Origin: Gemmatimonadota bacterium
GTDB taxonomy: Bacteria; Gemmatimonadota; Gemmatimonadetes; JACCXV01; JAHWKZ01
DNA: 64,000 nucleotides
Assembly (NCBI GenBank): GCA_033722155.1
Contig: JAWVZN010000002.1
Coordinates: forward strand, 17,503 to 81,502
Reading direction: 5' to 3'
This document shows, in pieces, positions 10,164-21,623 of this stretch (position 1 is the first letter of the stretch; the number at the start of each line of letters is the position of its first letter). The notes below the pieces were generated by a model that worked only from the letters and a program-made list of their open reading frames with translations, ran no database searches and was not told the DNA's origin. The translations under genes were made by a program, and so were the position numbers.

Positions 10164-11082
10164 CGAGGAGCAGGGGCACGTGGTCGAAGTGGGTGAGCTC
10201 CTTGAACTCGAGGAAGCGCCGCTCGATGTCGCGGGGGGAGAGCGAGGCCAGCCGGTCGACGGAGAACGACTCGCAGCAGAACGATCCCATCGCGGAGCCG
10301 TAGATCGTGGCCCGGCGCAGGCCCTCCGTGGTGAGGTCCTCGAGCGAGGCCAGGGTGCCGAGGAAGCCCCCGGCGAAGGCGTCGCCGGCGCCGGTGGGGT
10401 CCACGATGTTCTCCAGCGGCAGCCCCGGAACCGCGAAGCGGCCGTCCGGGCCGAAGGTGATCGCCCCGTGCTCCCCCTTCTTCACCACGACGAGGCGCGG
10501 GCCCCAGGAGAGGATCCTCTCGCCGGCGAGGCGCAGGTTGGGCTCTTCGGCCAGCTCGCGGGCTTCGGAGTCGTTGATCAGCACGAGCTCCACCCGTTCG
10601 ATCACCTCCCGCAGCTTCCGGGGGGTGTTCTCGATCCAGTAGTTCATCGTGTCGAGCGACGTCGTGCGCGGCTCCGCCACCTGCTCGAGCACCCGCAGCT
10701 GCAGTCCCGGATCGATGTTGGCGAGGAACACGTGATCGGTGTCGCGGAAGGAGTCGGGGATCTCGGGATCGAAGTCGGCGAAGACGTTCAGATCCGTGTA
10801 CAGGGTCTCGCGGGCGTTGAAGTCGAACCCGTAGCGGCCGCCCCACCGGAAGGTCCTCCCCTCGGCCGTCTGGAGGCCGGAGAGGTCGAGACCGTGGGAG
10901 ACGAGCAGCTCGACATGCTCGTCGGGAAAGTCGGTGCCCACGACGCCCACGACGCGGACGTCGGTGAAGTAGGAGGCCGCCAGGCCGAAGTAGACGGCGG
11001 CGCCCCCGAGGGCGTCCTCGCGGGACCCGAACGGCGTCTCCACGTCGTCGAGCGCGACCGATCCTACCACGAGAAGCGACAT
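10156..11082 (-). CDS. PfkB-family carbohydrate/nucleoside kinase (ribokinase-like)
   Basis: 308-aa ORF: MSLLVVGSVALDDVETPFG…VDPTGAGDAFAGGFL…; it has an 8-nt overlap with the purM start. Confidence 0.75.
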   Translation of the reverse strand: MSLLVVGSVALDDVETPFGSREDALGGAAVYFGLAASYFTDVRVVGVVGTDFPDEHVELLVSHGLDLSGLQTAEGRTFRWGGRYGFDFNARETLYTDLNVFADFDPEIPDSFRDTDHVFLANIDPGLQLRVLEQVAEPRTTSLDTMNYWIENTPRKLREVIERVELVLINDSEARELAEEPNLRLAGERILSWGPRLVVVKKGEHGAITFGPDGRFAVPGLPLENIVDPTGAGDAFAGGFLGTLASLEDLTTEGLRRATIYGSAMGSFCCESFSVDRLASLSPRDIERRFLEFKELTHFDHVPLLLDA

Positions 11083-11116
11083 CGCGGGGCTCCCGGCTCG
11101 AGAGGGGCGGTGGGGG

Positions 11117-12775
11117 TCACATCGACTCCGGCGCGTCGAGGCCGAGGAGGCCGAGAAGCTCGCGAATCGCCCGCTGCGTGGCCCTGGCGAGCGCCAGCCG
11201 GGCGCGGGCGAGGCCCTCGTCGTCGACCAGGAATCGTCGGGCGTGGTACCACAGGTGGAAGCGCCGGGCGAGTTCCTCCAGGACGTCGGTGATCCGATGG
11301 GGCTCGAGCGCGTCGGCGGCGTCGGCGACCACCTCGGGGAGCTCGTCGAGGGCCCGCATCAGGGCGAGCTCCTCCTCGGCGACGAGCCGGTCGAGGGTGT
11401 CGGGGAGCCCCCCGCTCCCCGCCGGGTCCAGGTCGGGACGCTCCAGGCGGTCGAACACGCCGGCGATCCGGGCGTGGGCGTACTGCACGTAGTAGACGGG
11501 GTTCTCCTCGCTCTGGCGCCGGGCCAGGTCGAGGTCGAAGGTCATGTGGGTGTCCCCCTTGCGCATCAGCAGGAAGTAGCGCGTCACGTCGACCCCGATG
11601 TCGTCCAGCAGCTCCCGCAGGGTCACCATCCGGTCCGCCCGGGTGGAGAGGCGCACCTCGCGGCCCTCCTCCACCAGGCTGATCTGCTGATAGATCACGG
11701 GCCTCAGCCACCCCGGAGGCACGCCCAGCGCCCGCAGCGCGGCCTCCATGCGCACGGCGTAGCTGTGATGATCGGCGCCCCACACGTCGACGGCGACGTC
11801 GAAGCCCCGCTCCCGCTTGTCGCGGTGGTAGGCGATGTCGGGCAACAGGTAGGTGGGGCGTCCGGTGGACTTCACGAGAACCCGGTCGTCGGTGTCGCCG
11901 TAGGCGCTGGCCCGGAACCACGTCGCTCCCTCGTCCTCGTACACGACCCCGTTCTCCCGGAGCGCATCGAGGGTCGCCTCGATCCGGCCGTTCTCGTAGA
12001 GAGAGGACTCGTTGAACCACCGGTCGAACTCCACCCGGAAGCGGGCGAGATCCTCCCGGATCCACCGCTTGATCCGCTCTCCCGCGAAGTCGCGGAAGAC
12101 CGCGAGGCAATCCTCCGGCGGAACGTCCCGGTAGGCCTCGCCCCGCTCCTCCGCCATCTCGTCGGCCAGCTCTCCGATGTAGTCTCCCCGGTACCCTTCC
12201 TCGGGAAACGGATAATCGGGATCCCACCGGCGCTGGTAGCGGGCGTGGACGGAGGCGCCCAGGAGGTCCATCTGGCGCCCGGCGTCGTTGAAGTAGTACT
12301 CCCGCACCACGTCGGCGCCCTGCGATTCGTAGAGGGCGGCGATCGCGTCGCCGAGGGCGGCGTTGCGGGCGTGGCCGACGTGGAGCGGCCCGGTCGGGTT
12401 GGAGCTGACGAACTCCACGTTCACCCGGAGCTCCGACAGCCGGTCCGAACCGAGATAGCGGGAGGGGTCGTCGAGGATCCTCTCGACCACCCCCCGCAGC
12501 CAGGCGGGAGCCATCGTGGCGTTGAGGAAGCCCGGGCCGGCGACGTCGAGCCCGGCCCACCGGTCGGGATCGAGCTCGAGCGCCCCGGCGAGCTCGTCGG
12601 CGATCTCGCGCGGGGAGCGTCCGAGGCGGCCGGCGAGCTGCATCGCCACCGGGCTCGCCCAGTCCCCGTGATCGGGATCCCTGGGACGCTCGACGAGGAT
12701 CTCCTCTACGGCCCACCCCCGCTCGGCGCAGGCGGTCGCGATCGCGGCGCGCAGCTCCTCCCGCGGGCGGATCAC
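11117..12775 (-). CDS. argS: Arginine--tRNA ligase
   Basis: Trimmed from ORF 11117..13351. The HIGH motif …SSNPTGPLHVGHARNAALGD… is present and the protein ends …APESM. The GTG start at 12773-12775 overlaps the upstream TGA (GTGA), giving 552 aa. Confidence 0.9.
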   Translation of the reverse strand: MIRPREELRAAIATACAERGWAVEEILVERPRDPDHGDWASPVAMQLAGRLGRSPREIADELAGALELDPDRWAGLDVAGPGFLNATMAPAWLRGVVERILDDPSRYLGSDRLSELRVNVEFVSSNPTGPLHVGHARNAALGDAIAALYESQGADVVREYYFNDAGRQMDLLGASVHARYQRRWDPDYPFPEEGYRGDYIGELADEMAEERGEAYRDVPPEDCLAVFRDFAGERIKRWIREDLARFRVEFDRWFNESSLYENGRIEATLDALRENGVVYEDEGATWFRASAYGDTDDRVLVKSTGRPTYLLPDIAYHRDKRERGFDVAVDVWGADHHSYAVRMEAALRALGVPPGWLRPVIYQQISLVEEGREVRLSTRADRMVTLRELLDDIGVDVTRYFLLMRKGDTHMTFDLDLARRQSEENPVYYVQYAHARIAGVFDRLERPDLDPAGSGGLPDTLDRLVAEEELALMRALDELPEVVADAADALEPHRITDVLEELARRFHLWYHARRFLVDDEGLARARLALARATQRAIRELLGLLGLDAPESM

Positions 12776-13098
12776 GATCCGTTCGCCCCGTCCCCGCCGC
12801 CTCCGTCGGCTGCGTTCTTCCCCTCCGTTTCGGACGATCCGGAGTCCTTCGCGTCCGACGGGCCGCCCGACGCCTTCTTCCTCTCGGACTCCGCCTTCGA
12901 CCGGTACTCCTCGCTCCGGTAGTCGGTGGCGTAGAACCCCTCGCCCTTGAAGAGGAAGCCGGCGCCTCCCGAGATCCGGCGGCGCGCGCGCTTCCCGCAG
13001 GAGGGGCATTTCCGGGTACGGGCGCGGTCGTCCATCTTCTTCAGGAACCGCTCGAACTCGTGTCCGCAGGACGGGCATTCGTACACGTAGGTGGGCAT
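12772..13098 (-). CDS. FmdB-family putative regulatory zinc-ribbon protein with an acidic Gly/Ser-rich tail, 108 aa
   Basis: C-terminal part of ORF 12772..14817: MPTYVYECPSCGHEFERFLKKMDDRARTRKCPSCG…. The ATG at 13096-13098 was confirmed, with a GGAG SD upstream. Confidence 0.7.
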   Translation of the reverse strand: MPTYVYECPSCGHEFERFLKKMDDRARTRKCPSCGKRARRRISGGAGFLFKGEGFYATDYRSEEYRSKAESERKKASGGPSDAKDSGSSETEGKNAADGGGGDGANGS

Positions 13099-13181
13099 GG
13101 GCGTCGCTCCGTCTCCCGGGGCGGAATGCAGGAACGGGACCCCAATATCGCCGGCGAGCGGCCCGATACCAAGGGGGAGGG

Positions 13182-14855
13182 TCAGCCGGCGGTGGCGTCG
13201 GTCCAGGTCCCGGCGACCTCGCGGAAGACGTCGGCGATCTCGCCCACGGTGGCCCCGGAGGCGCACGCGTCGCGGATGACCGGCAGCAGGTTCTCCTCGC
13301 CTCTCGCCGCCTCGCCGAGCCGCTCCAGGGCGGCCTCGACCACCGCCGCATCCCGCCGCTCGCGCCACTCCGAGAGGCGACTTCGCTGCCGAGCGGCCGG
13401 TTCCTCGACGTCGGGGATCTCGATCCGCGCTTCGGGATCGCCGGCCGCCTCCCACCGGTTCACCCCGACCACCACCTCCTCCCCCTCCTCGACCCTCCGC
13501 TGGTGCGCATACGCCTCGCGCTCGATCTCGTCGCGAAAGAAGCCGGACTCGATGGCGGCGACCGATCCCCCCATCCCGTCGATCCGCTCGAGGTAATCGC
13601 GGATCCGCCCCTCGAGATCGGCGGTCAGCCGCTCCACGTACCACGATCCTCCCAGCGGATCGGCGGTGGCGGAGGCGCCGCTCTCGTGGGCGAGGATCTG
13701 CTGCGTCCTCAGCGCCAGCCGCGCGCTCTCTTCGCTCGGCAGCGACAGCGCCTCGTCGTAGGCGTTCGTGTGGAGGCTCTGGGTGCCCCCGAGCACGGCG
13801 GCGAGCGCCTGGACGGTCACCCGCACCACGTTGTTCAGCGGCTGCTGCGCCGTGAGGGTCGCGCCGTCGGTCTGGGCGTGGAACCGGAGGCGGGCCGCGG
13901 CGGGATCGGTCGCGCCGAAGCGGTCCAGCACGAGCTCCGACCAGATCCGGCGCGCCGCGCGGAACTTGGCGACCTCCTCGAAGAGATCGTTGTGGACCCC
14001 GAAGAAGAAGGAGAGGCGCCCCGCGAAGCGGTCGACGTCGAGCCCCGCCTCGCGGGCGGCCTCCACGTAGCAGATCGCGTTGGCGAAGGTGAACGCCACC
14101 TCCTGGGCGGCGGTCGCGCCCGCCTCGCGGATGTGGTAGCCGGAAATCGATATCGGGTTCCAGCGAGGGGTGCGCCGGGCGCACCACGCGAACGAGTCGA
14201 CGATCAGCCGGAGGCTGAACTCCGGCGGATAGATGTAGGTGCCGCGGGCCACGTACTCCTTGAGCACGTCGTTCTGGATCGTGCCGCGGAGCCGCTCCAG
14301 CTCCCCCCCCTTCTCCTCGGCGACCAGGGTGTAGAGGGAGAGCAGGGTGGTCGCGGTGGCGTTGATCGTCATCGAGGTGGAGACCTCGTCGAGCGGAATC
14401 CCCTCGAACAGGCGACGCATGTCGTCGAGGGTGTCGATCGCGACCCCCACACGGCCTACCTCGGCCTCGGCCCGGGGGTGGTCGGAGTCGTATCCCATCT
14501 GGGTGGGCAGGTCGAAGGCCGTGGAGAGGCCGGTCTGTCCCTGTTCGAGCAAATAGCGGAACCGGGCGTTCGTCTCGGCGGCGGTTCCGTAACCGGCGTA
14601 CTGGCGCATCGTCCAGAGACGCCCCCGGTACATGTTCGGATGGATGCCGCGGGTGTAGGGGGGCGAGCCCGGGAAGCCGATCTCCTCCACGGCGTCGACG
14701 TCGGCCACGTCCTCGGGAGCGTAGCACGGCTGGATCGCGTGCCCGCTCGTGGTCTCGAACCGCGCCTCCCGCTCCGGATGTCGCTCCCGGTGCGGATCCA
14801 GGGCCTCCGCCTCCCACTCCTCCTTGGAGCGCGGGCGCCGATCGCCGTCGCTCAT
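13182..14855 (-). CDS. Methylmalonyl-CoA mutase family catalytic subunit (substrate-binding barrel only, no B12-binding domain), 557 aa
   Basis: Trimmed from ORF 13182..15299 to [19 protein letters not shown]…[60 protein letters not shown]…. The ATG overlaps the upstream TGA (ATGA). Confidence 0.85.
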   Translation of the reverse strand: MSDGDRRPRSKEEWEAEALDPHRERHPEREARFETTSGHAIQPCYAPEDVADVDAVEEIGFPGSPPYTRGIHPNMYRGRLWTMRQYAGYGTAAETNARFRYLLEQGQTGLSTAFDLPTQMGYDSDHPRAEAEVGRVGVAIDTLDDMRRLFEGIPLDEVSTSMTINATATTLLSLYTLVAEEKGGELERLRGTIQNDVLKEYVARGTYIYPPEFSLRLIVDSFAWCARRTPRWNPISISGYHIREAGATAAQEVAFTFANAICYVEAAREAGLDVDRFAGRLSFFFGVHNDLFEEVAKFRAARRIWSELVLDRFGATDPAAARLRFHAQTDGATLTAQQPLNNVVRVTVQALAAVLGGTQSLHTNAYDEALSLPSEESARLALRTQQILAHESGASATADPLGGSWYVERLTADLEGRIRDYLERIDGMGGSVAAIESGFFRDEIEREAYAHQRRVEEGEEVVVGVNRWEAAGDPEARIEIPDVEEPAARQRSRLSEWRERRDAAVVEAALERLGEAARGEENLLPVIRDACASGATVGEIADVFREVAGTWTDATAG

Positions 14856-15412
14856 GGCTCCTCCCCTCCCTCCTCCCCGTCGGCGGGCGGCTCGATCCGG
14901 CAGATCGCGGCGTCGCGCTCGACGGCGTCTCCCTTCGAGACGGACACCTCCCGCACCACGCCGCCGATCGGCGCGGAGATCTCGTTCTCCATCTTCATCG
15001 CCTCGATGATCGCGATTCCGTCGCCCGGCGCCACCTCGTCGCCCTCGCCCACCTCCAGGGCGAGGACGAGCCCGGGCATCGGCGCGCGGACCTCCGTACC
15101 GGCCCCGGCGGCTCCTCCCCGGATCCCGAGCTCGTCGAGCCTGTGCTCCGATTCGGTCGTCACCCGGAGCGGGTGGGTCGAGCCGGCGAGCCGCAGGGTG
15201 CCGGCGCCGTCGGTGGACGGCTCCCACAGGAACCGGGTCGGTCGCCGGTCCGCCCACACCCGGTGCGCTCCGGGGCCCGGGACGAGCCGCCAGGTCCACC
15301 GCTCCCCATCGGCGGCGACCTCCGCGACCCAGGCTTCCTCCTCCGGCCGGAGGCGCACCCGCCAGCTCTTCCCGTCGGGCGCACTCACCCAGTAGGTGCG
15401 CTGCCCCCTCAC
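14852..15412 (-). CDS. Biotinyl/lipoyl-attachment domain protein (BCCP-like) with a Trp-rich N-terminal domain of unknown function, ~186 aa
   Basis: C-terminal part of ORF 14852..16645: …[49 protein letters not shown]… (AMKM biotinylation motif). The GTG start at 15410-15412 overlaps the rlmD TGA (GTGA). Confidence 0.7.
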   Translation of the reverse strand: MRGQRTYWVSAPDGKSWRVRLRPEEEAWVAEVAADGERWTWRLVPGPGAHRVWADRRPTRFLWEPSTDGAGTLRLAGSTHPLRVTTESEHRLDELGIRGGAAGAGTEVRAPMPGLVLALEVGEGDEVAPGDGIAIIEAMKMENEISAPIGGVVREVSVSKGDAVERDAAICRIEPPADGEEGGEEP

Positions 15413-16764
15413 CGTGCCCTCTCGCGCTCCAGGACCATCACCGCCTCCACGTGGGAGGTCTGCGGGAACAGGTCGAAGGCCCTCGTGGCGAGGATCTTCC
15501 ACTCCGGTCCGAGCCGGCGGACGTCGCGGGCGAGCGTGGTGGGATCGCAGGAAACGTACACGATCCGCCGCGCGGAGGAGCGGTGAATGGACGCCAGAGC
15601 CCGGCGGGGGACGCCCGCGCGGGGCGGGTTCAGCACCACGGCCGCGGGGCGGGGACGCCCCCAGTCGATCCGGTCGGCGGGAAGCTCGAGGACGTGGGCG
15701 CGCTCCTCGTCCACCCGGGCGGTGTTGGCCCGGAGGTCGCTGGCGGCGCCGGGGTGGGCCTCCACCGCCGTGACGCGGGCCCCCCGCTCCAGCAGGTCGC
15801 ACGCGGTGATCCCCACCCCGGCGTAGCCGTCCACGATCCGGTCGCCCTCGCGGGGGTCGAGCGCTTCCAGGACCGCGTCGTAGAGGACCGTGGCGGACTC
15901 GAGATCCGCCTGCAGGAAGCTGTCGAACCCCACCCGCAGGGGGCGGCCGCGGTACTCGAAGGAGGTCTCGAGCCTGGGAGCCGAGCCGGAGAGTTCGAGC
16001 GTGCCGCGATCGGAGTCCCATCGCCCCCAGGTGGCGGGGACGCCGGCCTCGGCGGCGCACGCTCCGGCGATCTCCCGCGCGCCGGCGCAATCCTCCGCGA
16101 AGACGCCGGCCTGGAGGATCTCGTCCGGAAGCACCCGCACGGCGAGGCGGCCCCGGGACGGTGGACCGGGCTCCCCCGGGGAGCGCGCGAGGGCGCCCAG
16201 CCCGGACCCGAGCCCGCGGACCAGGGGGGCGATCGCCCGGTTGCCCCGTTCCGCGAAGATCGGGCAGGCGGGCACCTCCACGATCGCGTCCGGATCGTGC
16301 GCGGCGTGGAACCCCACCACGGGGAGCTCCTCCTCGAGGCGCCAGCTGAGGACGACCCGGTCCCGGTAGTGCCACGGCGTGGCGGCGGCCTCGCAGACCG
16401 GGGCGTCGGCGAGCGGTCGGTCGGCGATGCGCTCGAAGGCATCGCTCACCGCGCGCGCTTTCGCGTCCCGCTGGGCGACAGGATCGAGATGCTGGAGCTG
16501 GCAGCCGCCGCAGGTGCCGAAGACGGGGCAGCCGGGCTCCACGCGGCGGGGTCCGGGCTCGAGGACCTCGTCCAGCCGGGCCCTCGCCCAGGTCGGATTC
16601 CGCTCGGTCACCGTGGCCCGCACCCGGTCGCCGGGTGCGGTCCACGGGACGAACAGGACGAAGCCGTCCACCCGCGCCACTCCGTCTCCCCCGTAGGCGA
16701 GCCGATCGACGCCCGCCTCGACGACCTCGCCCTCGCGGGGACCGCCCTCGGGCGCGCCGCTCAT
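15409..16764 (-). CDS. rlmD: 23S rRNA (uracil-C5)-methyltransferase RlmD/RumA family, 451 aa
   Basis: C-terminal part of ORF 15409..17586: MSGAPEGG… with a TRAM domain, the Fe-S cysteines [14 protein letters not shown] and a methyltransferase core (…[10 protein letters not shown]…LNPPRAG…). The ATG at 16762-16764 was confirmed. Confidence 0.8.
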   Translation of the reverse strand: MSGAPEGGPREGEVVEAGVDRLAYGGDGVARVDGFVLFVPWTAPGDRVRATVTERNPTWARARLDEVLEPGPRRVEPGCPVFGTCGGCQLQHLDPVAQRDAKARAVSDAFERIADRPLADAPVCEAAATPWHYRDRVVLSWRLEEELPVVGFHAAHDPDAIVEVPACPIFAERGNRAIAPLVRGLGSGLGALARSPGEPGPPSRGRLAVRVLPDEILQAGVFAEDCAGAREIAGACAAEAGVPATWGRWDSDRGTLELSGSAPRLETSFEYRGRPLRVGFDSFLQADLESATVLYDAVLEALDPREGDRIVDGYAGVGITACDLLERGARVTAVEAHPGAASDLRANTARVDEERAHVLELPADRIDWGRPRPAAVVLNPPRAGVPRRALASIHRSSARRIVYVSCDPTTLARDVRRLGPEWKILATRAFDLFPQTSHVEAVMVLERERAR

Positions 16765-18269
16765 CGGAGGCCCGTCCAGCGGGCGCCCCGCCGCCACGCG
16801 TCGCGTCCCCCGGACGGCGCCGGACGGGGACGCGACGCGCCGGGCGGCCCGAGATGGGTCCGCAGCGCGGCCAGCGCGGCGGCCAGTGGAGCGTCGGCGT
16901 CCCTTCGCTGCTCCATCCGCTCGACCACGCGATCGGCGTGGCGCTCGAGCCACGCGGTGTGGGTCCGCCCCTCGCGCACCGCGGGATCCTCCAGCAGGGC
17001 GCGGTGGAACGCGACGTTGGTGGTGAGTCCTCCGACGATCGTCTCCTCCAGCGCCCGGGCCTGGCGGGCGAGGGCCTCCTCGCGGGTCCGGCCCCACACG
17101 ATGCACTTGGCGAGGAGCGGGTCGAAGTGGGACGTCACCTCCACCCCGGCGGCGATGCCGCTGTCGAACCGGACTCCGGGCCCGGCCGGCTCGCGGTAGG
17201 CGGTCACGGTGCCGGTGTCCGGCAGGAACCCGCCGGCCGGATCCTCGGCCGCGATCCGGCACTCGACGGCGTGGCCGCGCAGGGAGACGTCCTCCTGGGT
17301 GATCGGCAGGGGCTCGCCGGCGGCGATCGCCAGCTGGAGGGCCACCAGGTCGAGTCCCGTGACCCACTCGGTCACCGGGTGCTCCACCTGGAGCCGGGTG
17401 TTCATCTCCAGGAACCAGAACGATCCGTCGGGCGCCAGCAGGAACTCCACCGTGCCGGCGCCGACGTAGCCGACCGCCTCCGCCGCCCGGACCGCCACCG
17501 CCCCCATCTCGCTCCGCGTCTCCTCGTCGAGGCCGGGAGCGGGGGCCTCCTCGAGGATCTTCTGGTGGCGGCGCTGCAGGGAGCACTCCCGCTCCCCGAG
17601 GTGGATCGTCCTCCCGTCGCCGTCGGCGACGACCTGGATCTCGACGTGGCGGGCCTCGGGAAGGTACGTCTCGAGATAGAGGGCGGGATCACCGAAGGCG
17701 CTCTTCGCCTCGCCGGACGCCCCCCTGAAGGCCGCAGCCAGCTCCTCGGGCCCGCTCACGACCCGCATGCCCTTCCCCCCCCCGCCGGCCGCCGCCTTCA
17801 GGAGGACGGGGTAGCCGATCTCCTCCGCGCGCCGCTCGGCCTCCCCGGCGTCGCCGACCGCGTCCACCGAGCCCGGGATCACCGGCACCCCGCTCCGCTC
17901 CATGGTGCGACGGGCGGCGGTCTTCTCGCCCATCGCCCGGATCGCGTCCGCGGGCGGGCCGATCCACGTGAGCCCGGCGTCGGAGACGGCCCGGGCGAAC
18001 TCCGCGTTCTCCGCGAGGAAGCCGTATCCGGGATGGACCGCGTCGGCCTCGAGCGCCCGGGCGGCGTCGATCAGGGACGCGATCGCCAGATAGGCCCGCC
18101 GGGGATCCTCCGCGAGGATCCCCAGGGCGCGATCGCACGCCCACACGTGGGGCGCGTCGCGGTCGACCTCCGCGTAGACGGCCGCGCTGCCGATCCCGGC
18201 CTCCCGGCACGCCCGCGCGATCCGCACCGCGATCTCCCCACGGTTGGCGATCAGCACCCGCCGGATCAT
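16761..18269 (-). CDS. accC: Biotin carboxylase (acetyl/propionyl-CoA carboxylase BC subunit), 502 aa
   Basis: ORF: MIRRVLIANRGEIAVRIARACREAGI…YPVLLKAAAGGGGKGMRVV…EMNTRLQVEHPVTE…. Its stop overlaps the rlmD start (ATGA). Confidence 0.9.
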   Translation of the reverse strand: MIRRVLIANRGEIAVRIARACREAGIGSAAVYAEVDRDAPHVWACDRALGILAEDPRRAYLAIASLIDAARALEADAVHPGYGFLAENAEFARAVSDAGLTWIGPPADAIRAMGEKTAARRTMERSGVPVIPGSVDAVGDAGEAERRAEEIGYPVLLKAAAGGGGKGMRVVSGPEELAAAFRGASGEAKSAFGDPALYLETYLPEARHVEIQVVADGDGRTIHLGERECSLQRRHQKILEEAPAPGLDEETRSEMGAVAVRAAEAVGYVGAGTVEFLLAPDGSFWFLEMNTRLQVEHPVTEWVTGLDLVALQLAIAAGEPLPITQEDVSLRGHAVECRIAAEDPAGGFLPDTGTVTAYREPAGPGVRFDSGIAAGVEVTSHFDPLLAKCIVWGRTREEALARQARALEETIVGGLTTNVAFHRALLEDPAVREGRTHTAWLERHADRVVERMEQRRDADAPLAAALAALRTHLGPPGASRPRPAPSGGRDAWRRGARWTGLR

Positions 18270-18290
18270 GCTAGGGCCCGGTCCGGATCC

Positions 18291-19835
18291 TCACAGCGGG
18301 ATGTTCCCGTGCTTCTTCTCGGGGTTCGCGTCCCGCTTCGTCGCCAGCGCCGCCAGGCCCGCGACCAACCGCGGGCGGGTGTCGGCGGGATCGATCACGG
18401 CGTCGACGTATCCCCGCTCGGCGGCGATGTAGGGGTGGGCGAAACGCTCGCGAAACTCCTCGGTGCGCTCCTCGATCACCCGCTCGGCGTCGTCGGAGTC
18501 GGCGATCTCCTTCTTCCACAGGATCTCGACCGCGCCCTTGGGACCCATGACGGCGATCTCGGCCGACGGCCACGCGAGGTTGAGGTCGCCGCGGATGTGC
18601 TTCGAGCTCATCACGTCGTAAGCGCCGCCGTAGGCCTTTCGCAGGATGACCGTGAGCTTGGGCACCGTCGCCTCGCAGTAGGCATACAGCAGCTTGGCCC
18701 CGTGGCGGATGATCCCCGCCCACTCCTGGCTCGTGCCGGGCAGGAACCCCGGGACGTCCACGAAGGTGACCAGCGGCACGTTGAAGGCGTCGCAGAACCG
18801 GACGAACCGGGCGCCCTTGATCGAGGCGTCGATGTCGAGCACGCCGGCGAGCACGGACGGCTGGTTCGCGACCACCCCGACCGAGCGGCCGTCCAGCCGG
18901 GCGAACCCGACGACGATGTTCCGCGCGAACCGCTCCTGCACCTCCAGGAACGACCCCCGGTCCATCACCTCCCCGATCACGTCGTGCACGTCGTACGGCT
19001 TGTTCGGGTTCTCGGGAACCACGCCCCGCAGGGCGGGTTCGACCCGGTCCGGGTCGTCGTCCGGCTCGACCGCGGGCGGATCCTCCGCGTTGTTCGAGGG
19101 AAGGTAGGAGAGCAGGCGCCGGATCCCGTCGAGGCACGCCGCCTCGTCGGGAAAGGCGAAGTGGCCCACGCCGCTGTCCGAGGCGTGGACGGCGGCCCCG
19201 CCCAGATCCTCGAAGGAGACCTCCTCGTGGGTGACGGTCTTCACCACGTTCGGCCCCGTCACGAACATGTAGCTGGTCCCCTCCACCAGGCAGACGAAAT
19301 CGGTGATCGCCGGCGAGTACACGGCGCCTCCGGCGCACGGGCCGAGGATCGCGCTGATCTGGGGGACGACCCCGCTGGCGAGCGTGTTGCGCAGGAAGAT
19401 CTCGGCGTAGCCGCCCAGGGAGGCCACGCCCTCCTGGATCCGGGCGCCGCCGGAGTCGTTGAGCCCGATCACCGGAGCCCCGACCTTCGTCGCCAGGTCG
19501 ATCACCTTGCAGATCTTCTCGGCGTGCGCCTCCGAGAGCGAGCCGCCGAAGACGGTGAAGTCCTGGCTGAACACGCAGACGGTGCGGCCGTCGATCGTCC
19601 CGTGACCGGTGACGACGCCGTCGCCGGGGATCTTCCGCTCCTCGAGCCCGAACTCGCGGGCCCGGTGGGTGACGAACATGTCCAGCTCCACGAACGACTC
19701 GGGATCGAGCAGAAGGTCGAGCCTCTCGCGTGCGGTGAGCTTCCCCTTCTCGTGCTGGGCCTCGATCCGGTCGGGCCCGCCCCCCTGCCGCGCCCGCTCC
19801 TGCCGCTCGCGAAGCTCCTCCAGCCGCTCCTTCAC
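18291..19835 (-). CDS. pccB: Propionyl-CoA carboxylase beta chain / methylmalonyl-CoA carboxyltransferase
   Basis: 514-aa ORF: …[19 protein letters not shown]…[19 protein letters not shown]…[19 protein letters not shown]…. Confidence 0.9.
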   Translation of the reverse strand: MKERLEELRERQERARQGGGPDRIEAQHEKGKLTARERLDLLLDPESFVELDMFVTHRAREFGLEERKIPGDGVVTGHGTIDGRTVCVFSQDFTVFGGSLSEAHAEKICKVIDLATKVGAPVIGLNDSGGARIQEGVASLGGYAEIFLRNTLASGVVPQISAILGPCAGGAVYSPAITDFVCLVEGTSYMFVTGPNVVKTVTHEEVSFEDLGGAAVHASDSGVGHFAFPDEAACLDGIRRLLSYLPSNNAEDPPAVEPDDDPDRVEPALRGVVPENPNKPYDVHDVIGEVMDRGSFLEVQERFARNIVVGFARLDGRSVGVVANQPSVLAGVLDIDASIKGARFVRFCDAFNVPLVTFVDVPGFLPGTSQEWAGIIRHGAKLLYAYCEATVPKLTVILRKAYGGAYDVMSSKHIRGDLNLAWPSAEIAVMGPKGAVEILWKKEIADSDDAERVIEERTEEFRERFAHPYIAAERGYVDAVIDPADTRPRLVAGLAALATKRDANPEKKHGNIPL

Positions 19836-19848
19836 CCCGTCCCCCTCC

Positions 19849-21594
19849 TCACCACTCCACCGCCTCCGGCTCGGCCGCCTCGATCCGGTGTACCACCACC
19901 GCCCGGCGGATCCCGTCCGGCGTGAACCGGAAGAGCGCCGACGCGCCGCGGTACGGTTCGGTGGCTCCCGGCGACTCCTCGAGCGGGAAGCGCTCGACCG
20001 CCAGCCGGGTGGCGTCGTAGCCCCAGGCCGCGATCCGGTTCGTGGGGGGGCCGCCGTATCGGTCGGCGTACCGCTCGGAGAAGGAGTTCCAGCGGGTCAC
20101 CCGGGGATCCCTGCTGAAGGTGTCGGCGAAGTAGCCGCGCAGGAAGCCTCGCCCCTGTCGGAAGAAGTCGGTGTCGTTCCACGCGTCCGTTCCGAGGGGG
20201 AGGATCGTCCCCAGCTCGAAGAACGCCATCTGGTTGAGGATCCGGAGGGCCTCATCGGGCCGGTTGGTGGACAGGAAGACCCCTTGGGCCTGCGACCGGA
20301 CGATCGCTCCGAGATGCTCGGTGAACTCGGTGGTGCCCGGCCGGTAGTCGCGCCGGATCGCCACCCGTCCCCCCACGCTCGCGACGGCGGAGGCGAACGC
20401 GTCCGCTTGGATCCGTCCGTAGGGGTTGTCCACGGCGAGGATCGCGAGGCGGCGCTTCTCGAGGGTGCGGGCGGCGTACATGCCGATCGTATGCCCGATC
20501 GATCCGTCCAGGGCGTTGACCGTGAAGACGTTGGGGTCGACCTCGAGCAGGTTGGCGTCGGTCGCGGTCGGGCTCACCATGGGAACTCCCTCCTGGCTGG
20601 CGATCCGGGCGGTCCGGAGGGCGATCTCGCTGACCAGGGGACCCAGGATCGCCTGCACCCGATCCCGGCGGGCGAGCGAGCGCACGATCTCGGCGATCGA
20701 GTCCGGATCGCTGGAGGAGAAGCGCACCTCGAGGTCCACCGGGGTCCGGCGACCCTCGTTCACGTCCTCGAGCGCCAGCTCGATCCCCCGCCGGATCTCG
20801 TCGGCGACCCGGGCGAAGCGGCCGTCCTCGGGCGCGATGAACCCGAGCCGGGGCCTTGCTCCCGCGGCGCGCGGACCCGTCTCCGGACCCGCCAGCCTGC
20901 CCGCTTCGGCGATCACCTCGCCGGGAAGGGCGGGCAGCCCGCTCACGCGGCGGGCGAGCTCCCGGGCGCGGGCGGTGTCGCCGTCCGCGTAGGCCCAGCG
21001 CGAGGCCTGAAGGTAGAAGGGGGCCAGGAAGTTGCGCGGGGGGCGGACCCCGACGGCCCGCTCGATGGCCGAGCGGGGGAGGCGGTCGAGCAGGTCGCGG
21101 CTCAGGTCGAGGAACTCCTCGATCCGCTCGGGCGAGGCCTCGCGGATCTCGAGGGCGGCATCGAGGCTCGCCTGGAATTCCCGGACCCCGTACCGGCTGT
21201 TGGCGAGCAACAGGGCCGCGCTCTCCCGGAACGGAAGGACGGAGCCGAGCGACAGGTAGCGGTCGAGTTCGGCGGCCGCGGAGGCGTCCTCGCCGAGCTG
21301 GTAGAGGGTTCGGCCGCGCCAGTAGAGCGCGAGCCCGGAGACCTCGCTGGCGGGATACTCCTCGACCACGCGGGTGAAGAGTTCCAGCGCGGTCTCGTGG
21401 TCGCCGATCCGGGCCGCGTCGACCCCGCGTTCGTAGGCGTCCCTCGCCTCCGCGGCGGCCGCGCGGGTGATCGGAGCGTCGCTCAGGGTCGGGCCGGCGG
21501 GCCCCCGGGCGGAGACGCACCCGATCGCCAGCGCCGCGGCGAGCGTCGCGCTCCACGCCAGACAGGCCGCCGGGTTTCGCCACCGGAAAGGCAC
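19849..21594 (-). CDS. LpoA-like lipoprotein: N-terminal TPR-like region plus C-terminal periplasmic-binding-protein (LivK-like, type 6) domain, ~581 aa
   Basis: Trimmed from ORF 19849..22170. The lipoprotein signal is [26 protein letters not shown]; TPR-like helices follow, then …[25 protein letters not shown]…[30 protein letters not shown]…. No ATG is available, so the GTG at 21592-21594 is assumed. Confidence 0.65.
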   Translation of the reverse strand: MPFRWRNPAACLAWSATLAAALAIGCVSARGPAGPTLSDAPITRAAAAEARDAYERGVDAARIGDHETALELFTRVVEEYPASEVSGLALYWRGRTLYQLGEDASAAAELDRYLSLGSVLPFRESAALLLANSRYGVREFQASLDAALEIREASPERIEEFLDLSRDLLDRLPRSAIERAVGVRPPRNFLAPFYLQASRWAYADGDTARARELARRVSGLPALPGEVIAEAGRLAGPETGPRAAGARPRLGFIAPEDGRFARVADEIRRGIELALEDVNEGRRTPVDLEVRFSSSDPDSIAEIVRSLARRDRVQAILGPLVSEIALRTARIASQEGVPMVSPTATDANLLEVDPNVFTVNALDGSIGHTIGMYAARTLEKRRLAILAVDNPYGRIQADAFASAVASVGGRVAIRRDYRPGTTEFTEHLGAIVRSQAQGVFLSTNRPDEALRILNQMAFFELGTILPLGTDAWNDTDFFRQGRGFLRGYFADTFSRDPRVTRWNSFSERYADRYGGPPTNRIAAWGYDATRLAVERFPLEESPGATEPYRGASALFRFTPDGIRRAVVVHRIEAAEPEAVEW

Positions 21595-21623
21595 GGTCCG
21601 CCCCGTGGCCCGTCGAGCGGAGC

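Noticed and set aside
14852-17586. 597-aa and 725-aa minus ORFs taken at face value
   Set aside because: Only the C-terminal 186 aa (BCCP-like) and 451 aa (RlmD) carry domain signatures. The upstream portions are out-of-frame read-through across the neighbouring real genes (accC, rlmD). In-frame GTG/ATG starts forming 4-nt overlaps give sensible proteins.
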